32,000 nt of DNA from Imperialibacter sp. (lineage in GTDB: Bacteria > Bacteroidota > Bacteroidia > Cytophagales > Cyclobacteriaceae), in contig NZ_JAVKDF010000010.1 of assembly GCF_040222385.1 (NCBI RefSeq), positions 52,322 through 84,321 of the forward strand, in the 5' to 3' direction. The notes under the pieces were generated by a model, which saw nothing but the letters and a program-made list of their open reading frames with translations, ran no database searches and was not told where the DNA came from. Below, piece by piece: positions 25,001 through 32,000 of the stretch. How positions within the stretch are numbered: position 1 is the first letter of the stretch; every line of letters begins with the position of its first letter. Both the position numbers and the translations under genes were made by a program.

Positions 25001-25424
25001 GTTTATCAAGGAGCGTTGCTTTAACCACCAACTTCTTGTTTTCAGCAAGTCGCCTGGAGGTTTCCTTCACTACAGCAAAAGCTTCTGGCAACAGTTTGAG
25101 CAAAGAATCTTCAATGCTCTTGTTCTTGTCTTTTTCGAGTTGATCTATTCTTTTGAATACGTCATCTTTCTGGTCGATATCCAAATCGGGTTCGTCGATT
25201 ATCCTCTGATGCAAATCGTCAATTTCCTTCTGAATAGCGGCATTCCCTTCTTTGATGAACGCTTTGAACTGACTGGTTTTGTCTCTTAGCTCATCGTCAG
25301 AAATACTCTTAAGTTTCTCAAATTCTTTTTTGATTTGCTCAACAAGCGGAAGGACTTCCTTGATATCTCGCTCTGATTTTGTTCCAAAAAGTTTGGCTAC
25401 CCCTTTGGTGAATATATTCAACAT
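22056..25424 (-). CDS. secA: Preprotein translocase ATPase subunit SecA
   Basis: The ORF is 1122 aa. It has Walker A (MTTGEGKTLVATLPAYL), a DEAD-like box (MVDEVDSVLVDEARTPLIISG) and TNMAGRGTDI. Confidence 0.98.
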   Translation of the reverse strand: MLNIFTKGVAKLFGTKSERDIKEVLPLVEQIKKEFEKLKSISDDELRDKTSQFKAFIKEGNAAIQKEIDDLHQRIIDEPDLDIDQKDDVFKRIDQLEKDKNKSIEDSLLKLLPEAFAVVKETSRRLAENKKLVVKATLLDKQMAATKPHIKINGETAEWSNKWLAAGTEVEWNMVHYDVQLIGGVVLHTGKIAEMTTGEGKTLVATLPAYLNALAGKGVHIVTVNDYLAKRDSEWNAPLFQFHGLTVDCVDRHQPNSQERRNAYLADITYGTNNEFGFDYLRDNMARSPEELVQREHHYAMVDEVDSVLVDEARTPLIISGPIPKGDEHEFYELKPRIFKLVESQRKLCAQFLNDAKKQIAEGNETDGGLSLFRAHRGLPKYKPLIKYLSETGIRNVLQKTENIYLADNQRMMPEADEPLLFTIEEKNNSIELTEKGVDMITGDGEDPNFFIMPDIGMEIAKLEGDTSLAEIDILKKKESVIKDYQIKAQRIHTVNQLLKAYTLFEKDTEYVVIDGKVKIVDEQTGRMMEGRRYSDGLHQAIEAKESVTVEDATQTYATITLQNYFRMYHKLAGMTGTAETEAGELWEIYKLDVVVIPTNRPIVRKDMEDKVYKTMREKFNAVIDEIVALTEAGRPVLVGTTSVEISEVLSRMLNIRKIKHNVLNAKQHQREAEIVAEAGHPSTVTIATNMAGRGTDIKLTEESKKAGGLAIVGTERHESRRVDRQLRGRSGRQGDPGSSQFFVSLEDNLMRLFGSDRIAKWMDRMGLEEGEVIQHSMITKSIERAQKKVEENNFAMRKRLLEYDDVMNSQREVIYTRRKNALFGERLQLDILNMMYDTSEDLAISATASQDYDGFRLNALSTFGLDMRISQEEFAGIKSDALAARLYDEVLAHYTARKAAIREKALPVLKHTLDNKGATVVDILVPFTDGKKQLGIVVNLKKAVDTEGKEMVAAMEKMITLALIDQTWKEHLREMDDLKQSVQNAVYEQKDPLLIYKFEAFELFKVFLAKVNEETMSFLIKADIPSQDPSQVREARQTRTKSDYKESKEESRSLLEGKEGQPVGSRPAVTRPEPMKSQKVAGRNDRVTVQYTDGTLKEGVKYKTVEQDVNNNKCVVINIED

Positions 25425-25502
25425 TTCGTCGTTTTTTAAAACCTTAAAATTAACCGCTTTTTCCTAATTCGATACTAATTGCCAAGGTGTTTCTTGACAG
25501 AT

Positions 25503-26270
25503 TTACACATCAATGAGGCCTGAGTAAACGGGCGTGGCTGGGCCCTTCAGGAAAATATCTTTAAAGCCACCCTCCTTAACCGCAAAACTGACCTCGAGGG
25601 TTCCACCCAGGGTGTGAACTATTACCGGGCTTTTATATCCTTTGAGTGATGCGGCAAGCGAACATGCTGTAACTCCCGTGCCGCACGACAGCGTTTCGTC
25701 TTCCACCCCTCTTTCATAAGTCCTCACAAAAATAGCATTGCCATCCTCCAACTCTACGAAGTTTACATTGGTACCCTTTGGGGCATAGGCCTCGCTATAG
25801 CGAATAGCTTTTCCTTCCGGCACAACAGAGAAGTTTTTAACATCTTCAAGGAAGGCAATATGGTGTGGGGATCCCGTATTGATGAAAACGCCGTCAGTAA
25901 GTTCTTCAACGCTGTCAACGTCATAAAGCTGCACAGAAACAATGTCTCCTTTGATGGTCGCTTCATGAGGCCCATCGGTAGACATAAAAGTAGTTCTGTC
26001 GGTGGTCATACCAAGAGACTTCGCAAAGTGCACTGCGCACCTGCTACCGTTCCCGCACATGCTCTGCGTGCCGTCGGAATTGTAGTAGACCATTTCAAAG
26101 TCGTAGTCGGGATGATTGCGTATGAGAATGAGTCCGTCTGCGCCGATGCCAAACCTGCGATGGCAAAGGGTTTCTATAACGGTCAGGTCATCAGGAAATT
26201 GGAGATCCCTGTCATCGATGAGAATGAAGTCGTTGCCTGTGCCCTGATATTTGTGAAAACGAATTTCCAT
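25503..26270 (-). CDS. dapF: Diaminopimelate epimerase
   Basis: The ORF is 255 aa with KYQGTGNDFILID and both catalytic Cys motifs (MCGNGSRC and LSCGTG). Confidence 0.96.
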   Translation of the reverse strand: MEIRFHKYQGTGNDFILIDDRDLQFPDDLTVIETLCHRRFGIGADGLILIRNHPDYDFEMVYYNSDGTQSMCGNGSRCAVHFAKSLGMTTDRTTFMSTDGPHEATIKGDIVSVQLYDVDSVEELTDGVFINTGSPHHIAFLEDVKNFSVVPEGKAIRYSEAYAPKGTNVNFVELEDGNAIFVRTYERGVEDETLSCGTGVTACSLAASLKGYKSPVIVHTLGGTLEVSFAVKEGGFKDIFLKGPATPVYSGLIDV

Positions 26271-26296
26271 AGCATAAAACTAATAGCAAGTAAACG

Positions 26297-26324
26297 AAAA
26301 AAGCCAACCCGAGAGTTGGCTTTT
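26297..26324 (-). terminator. Intrinsic terminator after rplS
   Basis: AAAAGCCAAC pairs with GTTGGCTTTT around a 6-nt loop. On the minus strand a U-tract follows. It lies 21 nt downstream of the rplS stop. Confidence 0.7.
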
Positions 26325-26344
26325 CAGCTATTTTATTTAATCCC

Positions 26345-26701
26345 TTAGGACATTTTTTCTTTGATCCTTGCGGCTTTTCCTTTTCTACCACGAAGGTAGT
26401 AAAGACGGGCTCTGCGAACTGATCCCTGACGAACCAATTCAACTTTCTCAACGCTTGGTGACATAATCGGGAAAATTCTTTCCACACCAATGCCTGAAGA
26501 TACTTTTCTTACAGTAAAGGTTTCTCCATTCGTGCTGATATTCTTACGTTGGATAACTGTACCCTGAAACTGCTGGATACGCTCTTTGTTACCTTCCGTG
26601 ATCTTCACGTGTACATTTATAGTATCACCTGCCTTAAATGCGGGCAGTGAATTTCTCTTATCCTGGTACTCTGCTTCAACTAGTTTTATCAACTCGCTCA
26701 T
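26345..26701 (-). CDS. rplS: 50S ribosomal protein L19
   Basis: The ORF is 118 aa with [29 protein letters not shown]. Confidence 0.98.
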   Translation of the reverse strand: MSELIKLVEAEYQDKRNSLPAFKAGDTINVHVKITEGNKERIQQFQGTVIQRKNISTNGETFTVRKVSSGIGVERIFPIMSPSVEKVELVRQGSVRRARLYYLRGRKGKAARIKEKMS

Positions 26702-26736
26702 GACTGTCTATTTAAGCCGTATTCTGAAACGGACTG

Positions 26737-26744
26737 CAAATATA
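26737..26744 (-). promoter_or_regulatory. Candidate -7 promoter box (TATATTTG) dedicated to rplS
   Basis: It is an exact TAnnTTTG match on the minus strand, 36 nt upstream of the rplS ATG. A TTTG lies about 18 nt further upstream (26763-26766 on the plus strand). Confidence 0.5.
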
Positions 26745-26799
26745 CGACTATGTTTTTAAACACAAATAATACAATCAAATAAAAATCTCTCTTTTCAGG

Positions 26800-27867
26800 T
26801 TAAAGTGCTGCAAGTGCCGGCTTATAACTGTCAATATTTTCTTTGGTGATGATTTCCAGGGGTAAAAGGGCCTCCTTGGGTGGAGTTGTCTTAAACACCA
26901 GGTAATTGATGAGGTGGCTGATAGACAAGGCGGCTTGCTTGCTTGGGTTTTGATTAATCAGGAAGTTGATATACCCCTCTTTCAGAAATTGAAGGTTCTT
27001 TTCCAGTAAATCATAGCCAACGATTCTACAGCCATTTTTGCCGGTCGCTTTCATAAACTCCACTACCTGATAGGCTTTGGAGGTGCTTATGTAAACCCCG
27101 TGTAACTGTGGATCGCTGAACAGTTTTTTGAGGTCCGCTTCAAAAGAGGGGTTTTCCGGGGCCTCAAGGTTGATGGTGTTTACCTCCACACTCAATCCGG
27201 ACATCGAAGCTACATATTCCCGGAAGCCTTTTTCCTTGTCCAAAAGGTGGGCAGAATTTGGCAGATCCTCATGAATATGTAAGATCGCCAGTTTTTTGCC
27301 ACTGGCCAGTCCGGGGGAAATCAATTCAGCGGCCAGCCGCCCGCTTTGATACAGGTCTTGCCCGATGAAGGACAATGGATGCGGGTGTTCAATGTGTGTG
27401 TTGAACAATATATAAGGCACCTCATTTTTATGAAATTTTTCAAAAAACGGCAGCGCTTCCTTATAGAACAGTGGCGCAACTACCGCTCCGTCAGGGTTTG
27501 AAGCAATGGCCTTTTCAAATGCTTGATTGTAAGATTCTTTATTGTGGAGGTCGTAAAAGTAGTAGTCAATAACAAGGCCTTGCTGCTGCCATTCCTGCTC
27601 GCTTTGTTGCAGGCCTTCATGCGATTGCACCCAGAAAGCGTCAAGCTTGGGGTCGGGCAGCACAGCCGCCACTCTGAACGTCCTGTTGAGACCAAGGCTT
27701 CTGGCAATGAGGTTAGGCTTGTAGTCGATTTGACCAAGGATGGCATGAACTTTTTCAAGCGCCTTATCGGATACTTTGCCTCGCTTGTGCAACACCCTAT
27801 CCACAGTGCCCACAGACACCCCGGCAAGGCGAGCGATATCTTTGATCCGTATATTTTTGTTTTCCAT
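26800..27867 (-). CDS. LacI family transcriptional regulator
   Basis: The ORF is 355 aa. It has an N-terminal HTH (IKDIARLAGVSVGTVDRVLHKRGKVS, then YKPNLIARSL) and a periplasmic-binding-protein-like effector domain. Confidence 0.92.
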   Translation of the reverse strand: MENKNIRIKDIARLAGVSVGTVDRVLHKRGKVSDKALEKVHAILGQIDYKPNLIARSLGLNRTFRVAAVLPDPKLDAFWVQSHEGLQQSEQEWQQQGLVIDYYFYDLHNKESYNQAFEKAIASNPDGAVVAPLFYKEALPFFEKFHKNEVPYILFNTHIEHPHPLSFIGQDLYQSGRLAAELISPGLASGKKLAILHIHEDLPNSAHLLDKEKGFREYVASMSGLSVEVNTINLEAPENPSFEADLKKLFSDPQLHGVYISTSKAYQVVEFMKATGKNGCRIVGYDLLEKNLQFLKEGYINFLINQNPSKQAALSISHLINYLVFKTTPPKEALLPLEIITKENIDSYKPALAAL

Positions 27868-27912
27868 AAAAAATCGAGACCTCTAAATAATCAAAAAAAC
27901 GAAAGATTGTCT

Positions 27913-27922
27913 GTATTAATAC
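27913..27922. promoter_or_regulatory. 10-bp perfect palindrome GTATTAATAC upstream of the LacI gene (possible operator)
   Basis: It is self-complementary and lies 46-55 nt upstream of the LacI start, in the 80-bp trmD-lacI spacer. Confidence 0.25.
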
Positions 27923-27947
27923 GGGATAATGTGCTTTTGATGAATGC

Positions 27948-28622
27948 CTACAATAAATTTGGCCTTCTCTCTCTTGTTCGTTGTAGCGACTGCTCGTGTC
28001 TCCAGTCATCAATGAGGGCGTCATTTCCTGAAAGCAACACATCCGGCACTTTCATGCCTTTGTAGTCGGCGGGCCTGCTGTAAACAGGTGGTGCTATGAG
28101 GTCATCCTGAAAGGAGTCGGTAAGTGCAGAGGTTTCGTCGTTTAGCACACCAGGAATCAGCCTGATCACTGCGTCGCACACAATGGCAGCGGCCAATTCT
28201 CCTCCTGACAGCACAAAATCACCAACACTGATTTCTCTGGTAACCAGGTGCTGACGTACTCTTTCGTCCACTCCTTTATAATGCCCGCAGAGCAAAATCA
28301 TGTTTCCTTTCATAGCCAGGCCGTTGGCCAGCCTTTGGGTCAGCACCTCCCCATCAGGACTCATATATATAATGTCGTCGTACGTTCGTTCGGACTTGAG
28401 GGCCTGGATACATCGGTCGATGGGTTCTATTTGCAGCACCATTCCCGCTCCCCCGCCGTAGGCGTAATCGTCAACAGTTTTATGTTTGTTAACGGCGTAG
28501 TCTCTCAGGTTGTGTACGTTTACTTCCGTCAGGCCTTTGTCGATGGCTCTTTTGAGAATGCTGTGCTCAAATGGACTTTTGAGCAGCTCAGGCACACAGG
28601 AAATAATATCGAATCTTACCAT
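27948..28622 (-). CDS. trmD: tRNA (guanine37-N1)-methyltransferase
   Basis: The ORF is 224 aa with [13 protein letters not shown] and [12 protein letters not shown] (SPOUT knot region). Confidence 0.97.
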   Translation of the reverse strand: MVRFDIISCVPELLKSPFEHSILKRAIDKGLTEVNVHNLRDYAVNKHKTVDDYAYGGGAGMVLQIEPIDRCIQALKSERTYDDIIYMSPDGEVLTQRLANGLAMKGNMILLCGHYKGVDERVRQHLVTREISVGDFVLSGGELAAAIVCDAVIRLIPGVLNDETSALTDSFQDDLIAPPVYSRPADYKGMKVPDVLLSGNDALIDDWRHEQSLQRTRERRPNLL

Positions 28623-28628
28623 GACTGA

Positions 28629-29153
28629 CTAAGAATCTAAATATATATCAAGCAAACCGGGTGGAAGCTGTAGGGTAACTGACTTGGCCTTTAAATCCAC
28701 CGCTTTAATAATATCGTCGCTAATTGGCACAAGCACTTCCTTGCCCTGACAATCAATGGCCAGCACGTCGTGCCCGGGAAAGTTAAGGATGTTTGATATG
28801 GTGCCTAATACTTTGCCATCTTCAACAGCCTCTAGCCCTACCAAATTGTGGAAGAAGTATTGTCCGTCCGAAAGCTCCGGCAGGCTGCTTTCTGGCAGGT
28901 ACACCTCTGTGCCGGCAAGCTTATCAGCCGCATCCAACGACCTCACTTCATCGAAGCGGGCAATGGCTTTTTTGCCATTTAGTGACCAATGCTCTAAAAA
29001 AAAAGGAACCAGTTCGTTGTTGATCAACAACAGAACTGATTCCAGATTTTTGTAATGCCCAGGGTTGTCCGAATCGATCCAAACCTGAACATCGCCCTTT
29101 GTGCCATGGGTTTTGGTGATTACCCCAAGCTGAAAGCAATCATCCAAATGCAT
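28629..29153 (-). CDS. rimM: Ribosome maturation factor RimM
   Basis: The ORF is 174 aa with GVITKTHGTKGDV and a PRC-barrel C-terminus. It holds the conserved position between rpsP and trmD. Confidence 0.93.
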   Translation of the reverse strand: MHLDDCFQLGVITKTHGTKGDVQVWIDSDNPGHYKNLESVLLLINNELVPFFLEHWSLNGKKAIARFDEVRSLDAADKLAGTEVYLPESSLPELSDGQYFFHNLVGLEAVEDGKVLGTISNILNFPGHDVLAIDCQGKEVLVPISDDIIKAVDLKAKSVTLQLPPGLLDIYLDS

Positions 29154-29158
29154 AAGGA

Positions 29159-29851
29159 CTACTCTTCTTTTTTCTCTTCTGCTTCCGGAGCGTCAGCCTT
29201 TGGGGCTTCTTCTGCCGGTGCCTCCGCTTTAGGAGCTTCCTCTGCAGCAGGTGCTTCCGCAACCGGAGCCTCTTCTACAACAGGCGTTTCCTCTACCACT
29301 GGCGCTGTTTCAGCTACCTCGGCAGCGGGAGTTTCTTCCGCAACCGCTGTTTCTTCTACAGCAGCTTCTTCGCTGGCCTCTGGTGCAGCAGCAACCTCAG
29401 CCTTCTTACGAATAGCTTCAGCTCTTGCCTGGCTCACTTTCGTTTCAGCAGCAAGGCGTGATTTTCTTTCGTCTTCTTTCTTCTTAGCAAGAGACTCAAC
29501 TTTACCTGTTACTTTAGAGTCTTGTTGGTTCTTCCACTCTTCGAACTTAGCATCAGCTTGTTCCTGAGTAATGGCTCCTTTGTTCACACCGATTTGAAGG
29601 TGTTTTTTCAAAAGAATGCCTCTGTAAGAAAGCATGGCTCTAACGGTGTCAGAAGGTTGTGCACCTTTCATCACCCAGTCAAAGGCCTTTTCATCATTCA
29701 AAACAATTGTTGCCGGATTGGTATTTGGATTGTACGTTCCCAATTTCTCGATGAACTTACCATCACGTGGCGAAGTACTGTTGGCCACAACCACATCAAA
29801 CATTGCAAGTTTTTTACGTCCTCGACGTGTTAACCTGATTTTAACTGCCAT
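29159..29851 (-). CDS. rpsP: 30S ribosomal protein S16 with a long C-terminal extension
   Basis: The S16 core is MAVKIRLTRRGRKKLAMFDVVVANSTSPRDGKFIEKLGTYNP. The protein is 230 aa in total and its last 80 aa are an Ala/Glu/Pro/Val-rich low-complexity tail. Confidence 0.95.
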   Translation of the reverse strand: MAVKIRLTRRGRKKLAMFDVVVANSTSPRDGKFIEKLGTYNPNTNPATIVLNDEKAFDWVMKGAQPSDTVRAMLSYRGILLKKHLQIGVNKGAITQEQADAKFEEWKNQQDSKVTGKVESLAKKKEDERKSRLAAETKVSQARAEAIRKKAEVAAAPEASEEAAVEETAVAEETPAAEVAETAPVVEETPVVEEAPVAEAPAAEEAPKAEAPAEEAPKADAPEAEEKKEE

Positions 29852-29904
29852 TTTTTGTTCGTTTTATTTAATCTCTTCCGGAACCCGTCCGGAAAATTGG
29901 ATCG

Positions 29905-29912
29905 CAAAGTTA
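29905..29912 (-). promoter_or_regulatory. Candidate -7 promoter box (TAACTTTG) for the rpsP operon
   Basis: It is an exact TAnnTTTG match on the minus strand, 54 nt upstream of the rpsP ATG. A 7-bp stem hairpin (29876-29894) would sit at the 5' end of the leader. Confidence 0.45.
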
Positions 29913-30120
29913 GTGATTTTTTTGTAAAAGCAACTCATCTACAGCAAATTGATAACTGGTTCGGCAGTGAAATGTGCGGATGACTTTAACTGCCCGTCGG
30001 TTGGACTAGAAAAATGAGCCTTTAAATCAAAATAGCATGCATATTTGTTAAAACGAATATACAGTTTTAATACGTTTAATGTATTATATACCTTTACCTA
30101 ATTAAACGTCACCCAAGAAC

Positions 30121-32000
30121 ATGGATAAATATTCCTATATCGCCAACGCACACTCGTCTTACATCGATGAACTATACCAAAGTTACAAACAAGACCCTGA
30201 GTCAGTAGACATTACCTGGCAGAAATTTTTTGAGGGATTTGAGTTTTCTCAATCGAAGTATGGAGAAAATGGTCAAGCCGCCACTACCTCCGGAGGCGTG
30301 TCGGACAAAGAGATCGCCGTTAGTAATCTTATTCATGCCTACAGAACACGTGGCCACCTTAAATCCAAAACCAATCCGGTAAGGGAAAGGAAGGATCGGA
30401 AGGCCTTACTTGACCTTAGTGACTTCGGGTTGTCGGAAGCGGATCTTGATGTTGAGTTTCAGTCGGGGGCGACGATTGGTATTGGGAAAGCGACGCTTAG
30501 GAAAATTGTTGAGTCGCTTAAGCAGATTTACGAAGGGGCCGTCGGCTTCGAATATATGTATATCAGGGAGCCGGATATTTTGGAGTGGTACAAAAAGAAG
30601 GTGGAATTCGACGCCTTGAATTTTAACCCTTCTATTGACGAGAAAAAAAGGATACTAAGGAAGCTGAACGAGGCGGTTGTTTTCGAGAATTTCCTTCACA
30701 CTAAATATGTAGGTCAAAAGAGATTCTCTCTGGAGGGTGGCGAAACAACAATAGCAGCACTTGACGCAATAATTAATAAAGGAGCTGAACTGGGTGTACA
30801 GGAAGTGATGATAGGCATGGCTCACCGGGGTAGGCTGAATGTGCTGGCTAATATCATGGGCAAAACCTATGAGCAGATATTCAATGAGTTTGAGGGGAAT
30901 GCCGCCACCGACCAGACAATGGGCGATGGCGATGTAAAATACCATATGGGTTACTCCAGCCAGATAGTAACGCCATCAGGAAACACCGTCGATCTCAGGC
31001 TGGCACCCAACCCATCTCACCTCGAGGCGGTTGATCCGTTAGTGGAAGGGTTTCTGAGAGCAAAGGTCGACCGGGAATTCAAAAACGATGCGACCAAAGT
31101 GCTTCCGATTCTTATTCATGGAGATGCGGCGGTAGCTGGCCAGGGCATAGTATACGAAGTGGTTCAAATGAGTAAGCTGGATGGTTATACCACAGGTGGT
31201 ACTATTCACTTTGTTATCAATAACCAAGTAGGCTTTACAACAGACTTCGACGACGCCAGATCCAGTATCTACTGTACGGATGTGGCTAAAGTAATTGACT
31301 CGCCCGTGCTTCACGTAAATGGTGATCAGCCTGAGGCAGTTATTTTCTGCGTTAACCTGGCTGTGGAGTTCAGACAGAAATTCCAGAGAGACGTGTTTAT
31401 TGATATGGTGTGCTACCGTCGTCATGGGCACAACGAAAGTGATGAGCCGAAATTCACCCAGCCATCGCTTTATAATATCATATCGAAGCACCCGAACCCA
31501 AGAGAAGTATATAACAAACACCTGATAGAAAGAGGCGATGTGGATGCCCAGCTAGCCGACAAAATGGATTCTGAATTCAGAGACCTTTTGCAGGACCGAC
31601 TCAACATGGTGAAGCAAAAGCCGCTCCCTTATCAATATTCCCCAATGGAGAAGGAGTGGCAGGAGCTAAGAATTTCAAAGCCAGATGATTTTGAAAACCC
31701 ACCGAAAACTTCTGTTGATCAGAAAGTAATCGATAAAGTAGGCAAGGCGCTCACAACTATTCCAAAGGGCTTCAAGCCATTGAAGCAAATTGACAAAGTG
31801 CTGAAGCAGCGTACCGAGATGATTTTCGAAGAGAAGTCCGTCAACTGGGCTACTGCTGAACTACTGGCTTATGGATCGCTGCTTCTTGAGAAAAAGATTG
31901 TCAGAATGACTGGCCAGGATGTGCAAAGGGGCACGTTTTCTCACAGGCACTCAGTGTTGCGTGACAGTGTCACTAACAAGCCCCATAATAGTTTAGATCA
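30121..32000 (+). CDS. sucA: 2-oxoglutarate dehydrogenase E1 component (5' partial, continues beyond the window)
   Basis: I translated this frame by hand and found no stop from the ATG at 30121 to the window end; the ORF track omits it because it has no stop. The N-terminus is MDKYSYIANAHSSYIDELYQSYKQDPESVDITWQKFFEGF. Later motifs are RFSLEGGE, GMAHRGRLNVL, ILIHGDAAVAGQG and CYRRHGHNE. Confidence 0.95.
   Translation, partial: MDKYSYIANAHSSYIDELYQSYKQDPESVDITWQKFFEGFEFSQSKYGENGQAATTSGGVSDKEIAVSNLIHAYRTRGHLKSKTNPVRERKDRKALLDLSDFGLSEADLDVEFQSGATIGIGKATLRKIVESLKQIYEGAVGFEYMYIREPDILEWYKKKVEFDALNFNPSIDEKKRILRKLNEAVVFENFLHTKYVGQKRFSLEGGETTIAALDAIINKGAELGVQEVMIGMAHRGRLNVLANIMGKTYEQIFNEFEGNAATDQTMGDGDVKYHMGYSSQIVTPSGNTVDLRLAPNPSHLEAVDPLVEGFLRAKVDREFKNDATKVLPILIHGDAAVAGQGIVYEVVQMSKLDGYTTGGTIHFVINNQVGFTTDFDDARSSIYCTDVAKVIDSPVLHVNGDQPEAVIFCVNLAVEFRQKFQRDVFIDMVCYRRHGHNESDEPKFTQPSLYNIISKHPNPREVYNKHLIERGDVDAQLADKMDSEFRDLLQDRLNMVKQKPLPYQYSPMEKEWQELRISKPDDFENPPKTSVDQKVIDKVGKALTTIPKGFKPLKQIDKVLKQRTEMIFEEKSVNWATAELLAYGSLLLEKKIVRMTGQDVQRGTFSHRHSVLRDSVTNKPHNSLD

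Noticed and set aside
28996-29004. An A9 homopolymer inside rimM, considered as a phase-variation tract. A similar T9 run lies at 15677-15685.
   Set aside because: In rimM the run simply encodes Phe-Phe-Leu (CCT TTT TTT TTA) within a conserved housekeeping gene, and nothing suggests it acts as a contingency locus. The 15677 tract lies six codons from a stop, so slippage would have little effect.
29055-29567. A 170-aa Ser/Ala/Gly-rich plus-strand ORF that looks like a repetitive secreted protein.
   Set aside because: It is the mirror image of the Glu/Ala/Pro-rich S16 tail: GCT/TCT/GCC-type codons read on the opposite strand. The S16 reading frame is continuous from a bona fide S16 core, so the minus-strand frame is the real one.
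1-32000. A search for CRISPR arrays, tRNA or rRNA genes, prophage or defence-island content, and long tandem repeats.
   Set aside because: No spaced direct repeats, tRNA-like cloverleaf motifs or rRNA segments were seen in any intergenic gap. The largest gaps are 398 bp and 269 bp. The only repetitive DNA is the S16 tail and the short motifs reported above.

Overview
This window reads as ordinary chromosomal sequence from a Bacteroidota genome, probably Cytophagia- or Flavobacteriia-like. That placement is an inference from four things: the half-size GlgA-like/DUF4270/glmS arrangement next to panC, a long-tailed S16, a SPOR lipoprotein, and exact TAnnTTTG promoter boxes upstream of operon starts.

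I can support 32 protein-coding genes and one insertion sequence.
- Minus strand, 9006 to 1664: a very compact array of GlgA-like, DUF4270, glmS, ridA, a membrane ORF, gltX, a small ORF and an AIM24-family gene. An IS5/IS1182-like element follows at the window start.
- Plus strand, 9135 to 14785: panC, panD, a flippase-like membrane protein, a lone RfaE-domain-II-type nucleotidyltransferase, a YugP-type Zn peptidase, an acyl-CoA dehydrogenase and an AraC regulator.
- 14771 to 20346: a GGGPS/PcrB-family prenyltransferase, two small membrane proteins, and a phosphate-uptake locus (Na/Pi cotransporter, OprO/P-type porin, divergent PiT-like permease).
- Minus strand, 29851 to 20349: rpsP, rimM, trmD, a LacI regulator, rplS, dapF, secA, a SPOR protein and an M20 amidohydrolase.
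- From 30121: the 5' part of sucA, which runs off the window. It is missing from the ORF track because it has no stop in the window.

I found no rRNA, tRNA, CRISPR array, prophage or defence island. I do not see a convincing new multi-gene system here.

The best leads are:
- the phosphate locus, with its divergent PiT-like protein and a recurring TTAACA/TGTTAA motif, including 11-bp-phased copies over a promoter;
- a truncated GlgA-like protein that lacks the KTGGL motif and is coupled to a DUF4270 lipoprotein;
- a bacterial GGGPS homologue;
- a LacI gene that splits the trmD-rplS operon;
- degenerate or extended tails on SecA and S16.

All family calls rest on motif recognition by eye and memory. 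No database search was run.
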